Shown one piece after another: positions 13,201-28,200 of a stretch of DNA of 64,000 nucleotides. The notes beneath the pieces were generated by a model, which did not search any database, was not told the DNA's origin, and saw nothing but the letters and a program-made list of their open reading frames with translations. A program made the position numbers and the translations under genes. The stretch is from positions 21,514,001 through 21,578,000 of the forward strand of contig OZ059898.1 in NCBI GenBank assembly GCA_964057225.1, written 5' to 3'. How positions within the stretch are numbered: the stretch's first letter is position 1; each line of letters begins with the position of its first letter. The DNA is from Auanema rhodensis. Its lineage: Eukaryota; Animalia; Nematoda.

Positions 13201-16200
13201 CTCTTTATCTTTCACGTGAAGCGAGTTACATACCAAGTGCACATCACGTGTACATTTGATTAGCATAAATTAAAGTTCACGTAAATTTCAAAGTCATATT
13301 TACCATGCACCAATATCAATAAAAATTTGTTTTTAGACTAATATGGACATGGGGAATCTAATTTTAAAACATCTCTTTATCTTTCACGTGAAGCGAGTTA
13401 CATACCAAGTGCACATCACGTGTACATTTGATTAGCATAAATTAAAGTTCACGTAAATTTCAAAGTCATGGTTACCATGAACCAATATCAATAAAAATTT
13501 GTTTTTAGACTAATATGAACATCGGGAATCTAATTTTGAAAACCGCATCTCTTTATCTTTCACGTGAAGCGAGTTACATACCAAGTGCACATCATGTGTA
13601 CATTTAATTAGCATAAATTAAAGTTCACGTAAATTTCAAAGTCATGGTTACCATGCACCAATATCAATAAAAATTTGTTTTTAGACTAATTTGGACATGG
13701 GGAATCTAATTTTGAAAACCGCATCTCTTTATCTTTCACGTGAAGCGAGTTACATACCAAGTGCACATCATGTGTACATTTAATTAGCATAAATTAAAGT
13801 TCACGTAAATTTCAAAGTCATGGTTACCATTCACCAATATCAATAAAAATTTGTTTTTAGACTAATTTGGACATGGGGAATCTAATTTTGAAAACCGCAT
13901 CTCTTTATCTTTCACGTGAAGCGAGTTACATACCAAGTGCACATCATGTGTACATTTAATTAGCATAAATTAAAGTTCACGTAAATTTCAAAGTCATGGT
14001 TACCATGCACCAATATCAATAAAAATTTGTTTTTAGACTAATATGGACATGGGGAATCTAATTTTGAAAACCGCATCTCTTTATCTTTCACGTGAAGCGA
14101 GTTACATACCAAGTGCACATCACGTGTACATTTGATTAGCATAAATTAAAGTTCACGTAAATTTCAAAGTCATGGTTACCATGAACCAATATCAATAAAA
14201 ATTTGTTTTTAGACTAATATGAACATCGGGAATCTAATTTTGAAAACCGCATCTCTTTATCTTTCACGTGAAGCGAGTTACATACCAAGTGCACATCACG
14301 TGTACATTTAATTAGCATAAATTAAAGTTCACGTAAATTTCAAAGTCATGGTGACCATGAACCAATATCAATAAAAATTTGTTTTTAGACTAATATGGAC
14401 ATGGGGAATCTAATTTTGAAAACCGCATCTCTTTATCTTTCACGTGAAGCGAGTTACATACCAAGTGCACATCACGTGTACATTTAATTAGCATAAATTA
14501 AAGTTCACGTAAATTTCAAAGTCATGGTTACCATGCACCAATATCAATAAAAATTTGTTTTTAGACTAATATGGACATGGGGAATCTAATTTTGAAAACC
14601 GCATCTCTTTATCTTTCACGTGAAGCGAGTTACATACCAAGTGCACATCACGTGTACATTTGATTAGCATAAATTAAAGTTCACGTAAATTTCAAAGTCA
14701 TATTTACCATGCACCAATATCAATAAAAATTTGTTTTTAGACTAATATGGACATGGGGAATCTAATTTTAAAACATCTCTTTATCTTTCACGTGAAGCGA
14801 GTTACATACCAAGTGCACATCACGTGTACATTTGATTAGCATAAATTAAAGTTCACGTAAATTTCAAAGTCATGGTTACCATGAACCAATATCAATAAAA
14901 ATTTGTTTTTAGACTAATATGAACATCGGGAATCTAATTTTGATAACCGCATCTCTTTATCTTTCACGTGAAGCGAGTTACATACCAAGTGCACATCATG
15001 TGTACATTTAATTAGCATAAATTAAAGTTCACGTAAATTTCAAAGTCATGGTTACCATGCACCAATATCAATAAAAATTTGTTTTTAGACTAATTTGGAC
15101 ATGGGGAATCTAATTTTGAAAACCGCATCTCTTTATCTTTCACGTGAAGCGAGTTACATACCAAGTGCACATCATGTGTACATTTAATTAGCATAAATTA
15201 AAGTTCACGTAAATTTCAAAGTCATGGTTACCATGCACCAATATCAATAAAAATTTGTTTTTAGACTAATATGGACATGGGGAATCTAATTTTGAAAACC
15301 GCATCTCTTTATCTTTCACGTGAAGCGAGTTACATACCAAGTGCACATCACGTGTACATTTGATTAGCATAAATTAAAGTTCACGTAAATTTCAAAGTCA
15401 TGGTTACCATGAACCAATATCAATAAAAATTTGTTTTTAGACTAATATGAACATCGGGAATCTAATTTTGAAAACCGCATCTCTTTATCTTTCACGTGAA
15501 GCGAGTTACATACCAAGTGCACATCATGTGTACATTTAATTAGCATAAATTAAAGTTCACGTAAATTTCAAAGTCATGGTTACCATGCACCAATATCAAT
15601 AAAAATTTGTTTTTAGACTAATATGGACATGGGGAATCTAATTTTGAAAACCGCATCTCTTTATCTTTCACGTGAAGCGAGTTACATACCAAGTGCACAT
15701 CACGTGTACATTTAATTAGCATAAATTAAAGTTCACGTAAATTTCAAAGTCATGGTTACCATGCACCAATATCAATAAAAATTTGTTTTTAGACTAATAT
15801 GGACATGGGGAATCTAATTTTGAAAACCGCATCTCTTTATCTTTCACGTGAAGCGAGTTACATACCAAGTGCACATCACGTGTACATTTAATTAGCATAA
15901 ATTAAAGTTCACGTAAATTTCAAAGTCATGGTTACCATGAACCAATATCAATAAAAATTTGTTTTTAGACTAATATGGACATGGGGAATCTAATTTTGAA
16001 AACCGCATCTCTTTATCTTTCACGTGAAGCGAGTTACATACCAAGTGCACATCACGTGTACATTTAATTAGCATAAATTAAAGTTCACGTAAATTTCAAA
16101 GTCATGGTTACCATGCACCAATATCAATAAAAATTTGTTTTTAGACTAATATGGACATGGGGAATCTAATTTTGAAAACCGCATCTCTTTATCTTTCACG

Positions 16201-19200
16201 TGAAGCGAGTTACATACCAAGTGCACATCACGTGTACATTTAATTAGCATAAATTAAAGTTCACGTAAATTTCAAAGTCATGGTTACCATGCACCAATAT
16301 CAATAAAAATTTGTTTTTAGACTAATATGGACATGGGGAATCTAATTTTGAAAACCGCATCTCTTTATCTTTCACGTGAAGCGAGTTACATACCAAGTGC
16401 ACATCACGTGTACATTTAATTAGCATAAATTAAAGTTCACGTAAATTTCAAAGTCATGGTTACCATGAACCAATATCAATAAAAATTTGTTTTTAGACTA
16501 ATATGGACATGGGGAATCTAATTTTGAAACCCGCATCTCTTTATCTTTCACGTGAAGCGAGTTACATACCAAGTGCACATCACGTGTACATTTAATTAGC
16601 ATAAATTAAAGTTCACGTAAATTTCAAAGTCATGGTTATCATGAACCAATATCAATAAAAATTTGTTTTTAGACTAATATGGACTTGGGGAATCTAATTT
16701 TGAAAACCGCATCTCTTTATCTTTCACGTGAAGCGAGTTACATACCAAGTGCACATCACGTGTACATTTAATTAGCATAAATTAAAGTTCACGTAAATTT
16801 CAAAGTCATGGTTACCATGCACCAATATCAATAAAAATTTGTTTTTAGACTAACATGGACATGGGGAATCTAATTTTGAAAACCGCATCTCTTTATCTTT
16901 CACGTGAAGCGGGTTACATACCAAGTTCACATCACGTGTACATTTAATTAGCATAAATTAAAGTTCACGTAAATTTCAAAGTCATGGTTACCATGAACCA
17001 ATATCAATAAAAATTTGTTTTTAGACTAATATGGACATGAGGAATCTAATTTTGAAAACCTCATCTCTTTATCTTTCACGTGAAGCGAGTTACATACCAA
17101 GTGCACATCACGTGTACATTTAATTAGCATAAATTAAAGTTCACGTAAATTTCAAAGTCATGGTTACCATGCACCAATATCAATAAAAATTTGTTTTTAG
17201 ACTAATATGGACATGGGGAATCTAATTTTGAAAACCGCATCTCTTTGTCTTTCACGTGAAGCGAGTTACATACCAAGTGCACATCACGTGTACATTTAAT
17301 TAGCATAAATTAAAGTTCACGTAAATTTCAAAGTCATGGTTACCATGCACCAATATCAATAAAAATTTGTTTTTAGACTAATATGGACATGGGGAATCTA
17401 ATTTTGAAAACCGCATCTCTTTATCTTTCACGTGAAGCGAGTTACATACCAAGTGCACATCACGTGTACATTTAATTAGCATAAATTAAAGTTCACGTAA
17501 ATTTCAAAGTCATGGTTACCATGAACCAATATCAATAAAAATTTGTTTTTAGACTAATATGGACATGAGGAATCTAATTTTGAAAACTGCATCTCTTTAT
17601 CTTTCACGTGAAGCGAGTTACATACCAAGTGCACATCACGTGTACATTTAATTAGCATAAATTAAAGTTCACGTAAATTTCAAAGTCATGGTTACCATGC
17701 ACCAATATCAATAAAAATTTGTTTTTAGACTAATATGGACATGAGGAATCTAATTTTGAAAACCGCATCTCTTTATCTTCCACGTGAAGCGAGTTACATA
17801 CCAAGTGCACATCACGTGTACATTTAATTAGCATAAATTAAAGTTCACGTAAATTTCAAAGTCATGGTTACCATGAACCAATATCAATAAAAATTTGATT
17901 TTAGACTAATATGGACATGGGGAATCTAATTGTGAAAACCGCATCTCTTTATCTTTCACGTGAAGCGAGTTACATACCAAGTGCACATCACGTGTACATT
18001 TAATTAGCATAAATTAAAGTTCACGTAAATTTCAAAGTCATGGTTACCATGAACCAATATCGATAATAATTTGTTTTTAGACTAATATGGACATGGGGAA
18101 TCTAATTTTGAAAACCGCATCTCTTTATCTTTCACGTGAAGCGAGTTACATACCAAGTGCACATCACGTGTACATTTAATTAGCATAAATTAAAGTTCAC
18201 GTAAATTTCAAAGTCATGGTTACCATGCACCAATATCAATAAAAATTTGTTTTTAGACTAATATGGACATGGGGAATCTAATTTTGAAAACCGCATCTCT
18301 TTATCTTTCACGTGAAGCGAGTTACATACCAAGTGCACATCACGTGTACATTTAATTAGCATAAATTAAAGTTCACGTAAATTTCAAAGTCATGGTTACC
18401 ATGAACCAATATCAATAAAAATTTGTTTTTAGACTAATATGGACATGGGGAATCTAATTTTGAAAACCGCATCTCTTTATCTTTCACGTGAAGCGAGTTA
18501 CATACCAAGTGCACATCACGTGTACATTTAATTAGCATAAATTAAAGTTCACGTAAATTTCAAAGTCATGGTTACCATGCACCAATATCAATAAAAATTT
18601 GTTTTTAGACTAATATGGACATGAGGAATCTAATTTTGAAAACCGCATCTCTTTATCTTCCACGTGAAGCGAGTTACATACCAAGTGCACATCACGTGTA
18701 CATTTAATTAGCATAAATTAAAGTTCACGTAAATTTCAAAGTCATGGTTACCATGAACCAATATCAATAAAAATTTGATTTTAGACTAATATGGACATGG
18801 GAAATCTAATTTTGAAAACCGCATCTCTTTATCTTTCACGTGAAGCGAGTTACATACCAAGTGCACATCACGTGTACATTTAATTAGCATAAATCAAAGT
18901 TCACGTAAATTTCAAAGTCATGGTTACCATGAACCAATATCAATAAAAATTTGTTTTTAGACTAATATGGACATGGGGAATCTAATTTTGAAAACCGCAT
19001 CTCTTTATCTTTCACGTGAAGCGATTTACATACCAAGTGCACATCACGTGTACATTTAATTAGCATAAATTAAAGTTCACGTAAATTTCAAAGTCATGGT
19101 TACCATGAACCAATATCGATAAAAATTTGTTTTTAGACTAATATGGACATGGGGAATCTAATTTTGAAAACCGCATCTCTTTATCTTTCACGTGAAGCGA

Positions 19201-22200
19201 GTTACATACCAAGTGCACATCACGTGTACATTTAATTAGCATAAATTAAATTTCACGTAAATTTCAAAGTCATGGTTACCATGCACCAATATCAATAAAA
19301 ATTTGTTTTTAGACTAATATGGACATGGGGAATCTAATTTTGAAAACCGCATCTCTTTATCTTTCAAGTGAAGCGAGTTACATACCAAGTGCACATCACG
19401 TGTACATTTAATTAGCATAAATTAAAGTTCACGTAAATTTCAAAGTCATGGTTACCATGAACCAATATCAATTAAAATTTGTTTTTAGACTAATATGGAC
19501 ATGAGGAATCTAATTTTGAAAACCGCATCTCTTTATCTTTCACGTGAAGCGGGTTACATACCAAGTGCACATCACGTGTACATTTAATTAGCATAAATTA
19601 AAGTTCACGTAAATTTCAAAGTCATGGTTACCATGCACCAATATCAATAAAAATTTGTTTTTAGACTAATATGGACATGGGGAATCTAATTTTGAAAACC
19701 GCATCTCTTTATCTTTCACGTGAAGCGAGTTACATACCAAGTGCACATCACGTGTACATTTAATTAGCATAAATCAAAGTTCACGTAAATTTCAAAGTCA
19801 TGGTTACCATGCACCAATATCAATAAAAATTCGTTTTTAGACTAATATGGACATGGGGAATCTAATTTTGAAAACCGCATCTCTTTATCTTTCACGTGAA
19901 GCGAGTTACATACCAAGTGCACATCACGTGTACATTTAATTAGCATAAATTAAATTTCACGTAAATTTCAAAGTCATGGTTACCATGCACCAATATCAAT
20001 AAAAATTTGTTTTTAGACTAATATGGACATGAGGAATCTAATTTTGAAAACCGCATCTCTTTATCTTTCAAGTGAAGCGAGTTACATACCAAGTGCACAT
20101 CACGTGTACATTTAATTAGCATAAATTAAAGTTCACGTAAATTTCAAAGTCATGGTTACCATGAACCAATATCAATTAAAATTTGTTTTTAGACTAATAT
20201 GGACATGAGGAATCTAATTTTGAAAACCGCATCTCTTTATCTTTCACGTGAAGCGGGTTACATACCAAGTGCACATCACGTGTACATTTAATTAGCATAA
20301 ATTAAAGTTCACGTAAATTTCAAAGTCATGGTTACCATGCACCAATATCAATAAAAATTTGTTTTTAGACTACTATGGACATGGGAAATCTAATTTTGAA
20401 AACCGCATCTCTTTATCTTTCACGTGAAGCGAGTTACATACCAAGTGCACATCACGTGTACATTTAATTAGCATAAATCAAAGTTCACGTAAATTTCAAA
20501 GTCATGGTTACCATGCACCAATATCAATAAAAATTTGTGTTTAGACTAATATGGACATGGGGAATCTAATTTTGAAAACCGCATCTTTTTATCTTTCACG
20601 TGAAGCGAGTTACATACCAAGTGCACATCACGTGTACATTTAATTAGCATAAATCAAAGTTCACGTAAATTTCAAAGTCATGGTTACCATGAACCAATAT
20701 CAATAAAAATTTGTTTTTAGACTAATATGGACATGGGGAATCTAATTTTGAAAACCGCATCTTTTTATCTTTCACGTGAAGCGAGTTACATACCAAGTGC
20801 ACATCACGTGTACATTTAATTAGCATAAATTAAAGTTCACGTAAATTTCAAAGTCATGGTTACCATGAACCAATATCAATAAAAATTTGTTTTTAGACTA
20901 ATATGGACTTGGGGAATCTAATTTTGAAAACCGCATCTCTTTATCTTTCACGTGAAGCGAGTTACATACCAAGTGCACATCACGTGTACATTTAATTAGC
21001 ATAAATTAAAGTTCACGTAAATTTCAAAGTCATGGTTACCATGCACCAATATCAATAAAAATTTGTTTTTAGACTAATATGGACATGGGGAATCTAATTT
21101 TGAAAACCGCATCTCTTTATCTTTCACGTGAAGCGAGTTACATACCAAGTGCACATCACGTGTACATTTAATTAGCATAAATTAAAGTTCACGTAAATTT
21201 CAAAGTCATGGTTACCATGAACCAATATCGATAAAAATTTGTTTTTAGACTAATATGGACATGGGGAATCTAATTTTGAAAACCGCATCTCTTTATCTTT
21301 CACGTGAAGTGAGTTACATACCAAGTGCACATCACGTGTACATTTAATTAGCATAAATTAAAGTTCACGTAAATTTCAAAGTCATGGTTACCATGCACCA
21401 ATATCAATAAAAATTTGTTTTTAGACTAATATGGACATGGGGAATCTAATTTTGAAAACCGCATCTCTTTATCTTTCACGTGAAGCGAGTTACATACCAA
21501 GTGCACATCACGTGTACATTTAATTAGCATAAATTAAAGTTCACGTAAATTTCAAAGTCATGGTTACCATGAACCAATATCGATAAAAATTTGTTTTTAG
21601 ACTAATATGGACATAGGGAATCTAATTTTGAAAACCGCATCTCTTTATCTTTCACGTGAAGCGAGTTACATACCAAGTGCACATTACGTGTACATTTAAT
21701 TAGCATAAATTAAAGTTCACGTAAATTTCAAAGTCATGGTTACCATGCACCAATATCAATAAAAATTTGTTTTTAGACTAATATGGACATGGGGAATCTA
21801 ATTTTGAAAACCGTATCTCTTTATCTTTCACGTGAAGCGAGTTACATACCAAGTGCACATCACGTGTACATTTAATTAGCATAAATTAAAGTTCACGTAA
21901 ATTTCAAAGTCATGGTTACCATGAACCAATATCAATGAAAATTTGTTTTTAGACTAATATGGACATGAGGAATCTAATTTCGAAAACCGCATCTCTTTAT
22001 CTTTCACGTGAAGCGAGTTACATACCAAGTGCACATCACGTGTACATTTAATTAGCATAAATTAAAGTTCACGTAAATTTCAAAGTCATGGTTACCATGA
22101 ACCAATATCGATAAAAATTTGTTTTTAGACTAATATGGACATAGGGAATCTAATTTTGAAAACCGCATCTCTTTATCTTTCACGTGAAGCGAGTTACATA

Positions 22201-25200
22201 CCAAGTGCACATCACGTGTACATTTAATTAGCATAAATTAAAGTTCACGTAAATTTCAAAGTCATGGTTACCATGCACCAATATCAATAAAAATTTGTTT
22301 TTAGACTAATATGGACATGGGGAATCTAATTTTGAAAACCGCATCTCTTTATCTTTCACGTGAAGCGAGTTACATACCAAGTGCACATCACGTGTACATT
22401 TAATTAGCATAAATTAAAGTTCACGTAAATTTCAAAGTCATGGTTACCATGAACCAATATCGATAAAAATTTGTTTTTAGACTAATATGGACATGGGGAA
22501 TCTAATTTTGAAAACCCCATCTCTTTATCTTTCACGTGAAGCGAGTTACATACCAAGTGCACATCACGTGTACATTCAATTAGCATAAATTAAAGTTCAC
22601 GTAAATTTCAAAGTCATGGTTACCATGAACCAATATCGATAAAAATTTGTTTTTAGACTAATATGGACATGGGGAATCTAATTTTGAAAACCCCATCTCT
22701 TTATCTTTCACGTGAAGCGAGTTACATACCAAGTGCACATCACGTGTACATTTAATTAGCATAAATTAAAGTTCACGTAAATTTCAAAGTCATGGTTACC
22801 ATGAACCAATATCGATAAAAATTTGTTTTTAGACTAATATGGACATAGGGAATCTAATTTTGAAAACCGCATCTCTTTATCTTTCACGTGAAGCGAGTTA
22901 CATACCAAGTGCACATCACGTGTACATTTAATTAGCATAAATTAAAGTTCACGTAAATTTCAAAGTCATGGTTACCATGCACCAATATCAATAAAAATTT
23001 GTTTTTAGACTAATATGGACATGGGGAACCTAATTTTGAAAACCGCATCTCTTTATCTTTCACGTGAAGCGAGTTACATACCAAGTGCACATCACGTGTA
23101 CATTTAATTAGCATAAATTAAAGTTCACGTAAATTTCAAAGTCATGGTTACCATGAACCTATATCGATAAAAATTTGTTTTTAGACTAATATGGACATAG
23201 GGAATCTAATTTTGAAAACCGCATCTCTTTATCTTTCACGTGAAGCGAGTTACATACCAAGTGCACATCACGTGTACATTTAATTAGCATAAATTAAAGT
23301 TCACGTAAATTTCAAAGTCATGGTTACCATGCACCAATATCAATAAAAATTTGTTTTTAGACTAATATGGACATGGGGAATCTAATTTTGAAAACCGCAT
23401 CTCTTTATCTTTCACGTGAAGCGGGTTACATACCAAGTGCACATCACGTGTACATTTAATTAGCATAAATTAAAGTTCACGTAAATTTCAAAGTCATGGT
23501 TACCATGAACCTATATCGATAAAAATTTGTTTTTAGACTAATATGGACATAGGGAATCTAATTTTGAAAACCGCATCTCTTTATCTTTCACGTGAAGCGA
23601 GTTACATACCAAGTGCACATCACGTGTACATTTAATTAGCATAAATTAAAGTTCACGTAAATTTCAAAGTCATGGTTACCATGCACCAATATCAATAAAA
23701 ATTTGTTTTTAGACTAATATGGACATGGGGAATCTAATTTTGAAAACCGCATCTCTTTATCTTTCACGTGAAGCGAGTTACATACCAAGTGCACATCACG
23801 TGTACATTTAATTAGCATAAATTAAAGTTCACGTAAATTTCAAAGTCATGGTTACCATGAACCAATATCAATAAAAATTTGTTTTTAGACTAATATGGAC
23901 ATGAGGAATCTAATTTCGAAAACCGCATCTCTTTATCTTTCACGTGAAGCGAGTTACATACCAAGTGCACATCACGTGTACATTTAATTAGCATAAATTA
24001 AAGTTCACGTAAATTTCAAAGTCATGGTTACCATGCACCAATATCAATAAAAATTTGTTTTTAGACTAATATGGACATGGGGAATCTAATTTTGAAAACC
24101 GCATCTCTTTATCTTTCACGTGAAGCGGGTTACATACCAAGTGCACATCACGTGTACATTTAATTAGCATAAATTAAAGTTCACGTAAATTTCAAAGTCA
24201 TGGTTACCATGCACCAATATCAATAAAAATTTGTTTTTAGACTAATATGGACATGGGGAATCTAATTTTGAAAACCGCATCTCTTTATCTTTCACGTGAA
24301 GCGAGTTACATACCAAGTGCACATCACGTGTACATTTAATTAGCATAAATCAAAGTTCACGTAAATTTCAAAGTCATGGTTACCATGCACCAATATCAAT
24401 AAAAATTTGTTTTTAGACTAATATGGACATGGGGAATCTAATTTTGAAAACCCCATCTCTTTATCTTTCACGTGAAGCGAGTTACATACCAAGTGCACAT
24501 CACGTGTACATTCAATTAGCATAAATTAAAGTTCACGTAAATTTCAAAGTCATGGTTACCATGAACCAATATCGATAAAAATTTGTTTTTAGACTAATAT
24601 GGACATGGGGAATCTAATTTTGAAAACCCCATCTCTTTATCTTTCACGTGAAGCGAGTTACATACCAAGTGCACATCACGTGTACATTTAATTAGCATAA
24701 ATTAAAGTTCACGTAAATTTCAAAGTCATGGTTACCATGAACCAATATCGATAAAAATTTGTTTTTAGACTAATATGGACATAGGGAATCTAATTTTGAA
24801 AACCGCATCTCTTTATCTTTCACGTGAAGCGAGTTACATACCAAGTGCACATCACGTGTACATTTAATTAGCATAAATTAAAGTTCACGTAAATTTCAAA
24901 GTCATGGTTACCATGCACCAATATCAATAAAAATTTGTTTTTAGACTAATATGGACATGGGGAACCTAATTTTGAAAACCGCATCTCTTTATCTTTCACG
25001 TGAAGCGAGTTACATACCAAGTGCACATCACGTGTACATTTAATTAGCATAAATTAAAGTTCACGTAAATTTCAAAGTCATGGTTACCATGAACCTATAT
25101 CGATAAAAATTTGTTTTTAGACTAATATGGACATAGGGAATCTAATTTTGAAAACCGCATCTCTTTATCTTTCACGTGAAGCGAGTTACATACCAAGTGC

Positions 25201-28200
25201 ACATCACGTGTACATTTAATTAGCATAAATTAAAGTTCACGTAAATTTCAAAGTCATGGTTACCATGCACCAATATCAATAAAAATTTGTTTTTAGACTA
25301 ATATGGACATGGGGAATCTAATTTTGAAAACCGCATCTCTTTATCTTTCACGTGAAGCGGGTTACATACCAAGTGCACATCACGTGTACATTTAATTAGC
25401 ATTAATTAAAGTTCACGTAAATTTCAAAGTCATGGTTACCATGAACCTATATCGATAAAAATTTGTTTTTAGACTAATATGGACATAGGGAATCTAATTT
25501 TGAAAACCGCATCTCTTTATCTTTCACGTGAAGCGAGTTACATACCAAGTGCACATCACGTGTACATTTAATTAGCATAAATTAAAGTTCACGTAAATTT
25601 CAAAGTCATGGTTACCATGCACCAATATCAATAAAAATTTGTTTTTAGACTAATATGGACATGGGGAATCTAATTTTGAAAACCGCATCTCTTTATCTTT
25701 CACGTGAAGCGAGTTACATACCAAGTGCACATCACGTGTACATTTAATTAGCATAAATTAAAGTTCACGTAAATTTCAAAGTCATGGTTACCATGAACCA
25801 ATATCAATAAAAATTTGTTTTTAGACTAATATGGACATGAGGAATCTAATTTCGAAAACCGCATCTCTTTATCTTTCACGTGAAGCGAGTTACATACCAA
25901 GTGCACATCACGTGTACATTTAATTAGCATAAATTAAAGTTCACGTAAATTTCAAAGTCATGGTTACCATGCACCAATATCAATAAAAATTTGTTTTTAG
26001 ACTAATATGGACATGGGGAATCTAATTTTGAAAACCGCATCTCTTTATCTTTCACGTGAAGCGGGTTACATACCAAGTGCACATCACGTGTACATTTAAT
26101 TAGCATAAATTAAAGTTCACGTAAATTTCAAAGTCATGGTTACCATGCACCAATATCAATAAAAATTTGTTTTTAGACTAATATGGACATGGGGAATCTA
26201 ATTTTGAAAACCGCATCTCTTTATCTTTCACGTGAAGCGAGTTACATACCAAGTGCACATCACGTGTACATTTAATTAGCATAAATCAAAGTTCACGTAA
26301 ATTTCAAAGTCATGGTTACCATGCACCAATATCAATAAAAATTTGTTTTTAGACTAATATGGACATGGGGAATTTAATTTTGAAAATCGCATCTTTTTAT
26401 CTTTCACGTGAAGCGAGTTACATACCAAGTGCACATCACGTGTACATTTAATTAGCATAAATCAAAGTTCACGTAAATTTCAAAGTCATGGTTACCATGA
26501 ACCAATATCAATAAAAATTTGTTTTTAGACTAATATGGACATGGGGAATCTAATTTTGAAAACCGCATCTTTTTATCTTTCACGTGAAGCGAGTTACATA
26601 CCAAGTGCACATCACGTGTACATTTAATTAGCATAAATTAAAGTTCACGTAAATTTCAAAGTCATGGTTACCATGAACCAATATCAATAAAAATTTGTTT
26701 TTAGACTAATATGGACTTGGGGAATCTAATTTTGAAAACCGCATCTCTTTATCTTTCACGTGAAGCGAGTTACATACCAAGTGCACATCACGTGTACATT
26801 TAATTAGCATAAATTAAAGTTCACGTAAATTTCAAAGTCATGGTTACCATGCACCAATATCAATAAAAATTTGTTTTTAGACTAATATGGACATGGGGAA
26901 TCTAATTTTGAAAACCGCATCTCTTTATCTTTCACGTGAAGCGAGTTACATACCAAGTGCACATCACGTGTACATTTAATTAGCATAAATTAAAGTTCAC
27001 GTAAATTTCAAAGTCATGGTTACCATGAACCAATATCGATAAAAATTTGTTTTTAGACTAATATGGACATGGGGAATCTAATTTTGAAAACCGCATCTCT
27101 TTATCTTTCACGTGAAGCGAGTTACATACCAAGTGCACATCACGTGTACATTTAATTAGCATAAATTAAAGTTCACGTAAATTTCAAAGTCATGGTTACC
27201 ATGCACCAATATCAATAAAAATTTGTTTTTAGACTAATATGGACATGGGGAATCTAATTTTGAAAACCGCATATCTTTATCTTTCACGTGAAGCGAGTTA
27301 CATACCAAGTGCACATCACGTGTACATTTAATTAGCATAAATTAAAGTTCACGTAAATTTCAAAGTCATGGTTACCATGAACCAATATCGATAAAAATTT
27401 GTTTTTAGACTAATATGGACATAGGGAATCTAATTTTGAAAACCGCATCTCTTTATCTTTCACGTGAAGCGAGTTACATACCAAGTGCACATTACGTGTA
27501 CATTTAATTAGCATAAATTAAAGTTCACGTAAATTTCAAAGTCATGGTTACCATGCACCAATATCAATAAAAATTTGTTTTTAGACTAATATGGACATGG
27601 GGAATCTAATTTTGAAAACCGCATCTCTTTATCTTTCACGTGAAGCGAGTTACATACCAAGTGCACATCACGTGTACATTCAATTAGCATAAATTAAAGT
27701 TCACGTAAATTTCAAAGTCATGGTTACCATGAACCAATATCAATAAAAATTTGTTTTTAGACTAATATGGACATGGGGAATCTAATTTTGAAAACCCCAT
27801 CTCTTTATCTTTCACGTGAAGCGAGTTACATACCAAGTGCACATCACGTGTACATTTAATTAGCATAAATTAAAGTTCACGTAAATTTCAAAGTCATGGT
27901 TACCATGAACCAATATCGATAAAAATTTGTTTTTAGACTAATATGGACATAGGGAATCTAATTTTGAAAACCGCATCTCTTTATCTTTCACGTGAAGCGA
28001 GTTACATACCAAGTGCACATCACGTGTACATTTAATTAGCATAAATTAAAGTTCACGTAAATTTCAAAGTCATGGTTACCATGCACCAATATCAATAAAA
28101 ATTTGTTTTTAGACTAATATGGACATGGGGAATCTAATTTTGAAAACCGCATCTCTTTATCTTTCACGTGAAGCGAGTTACATACCAAGTGCACATCACG

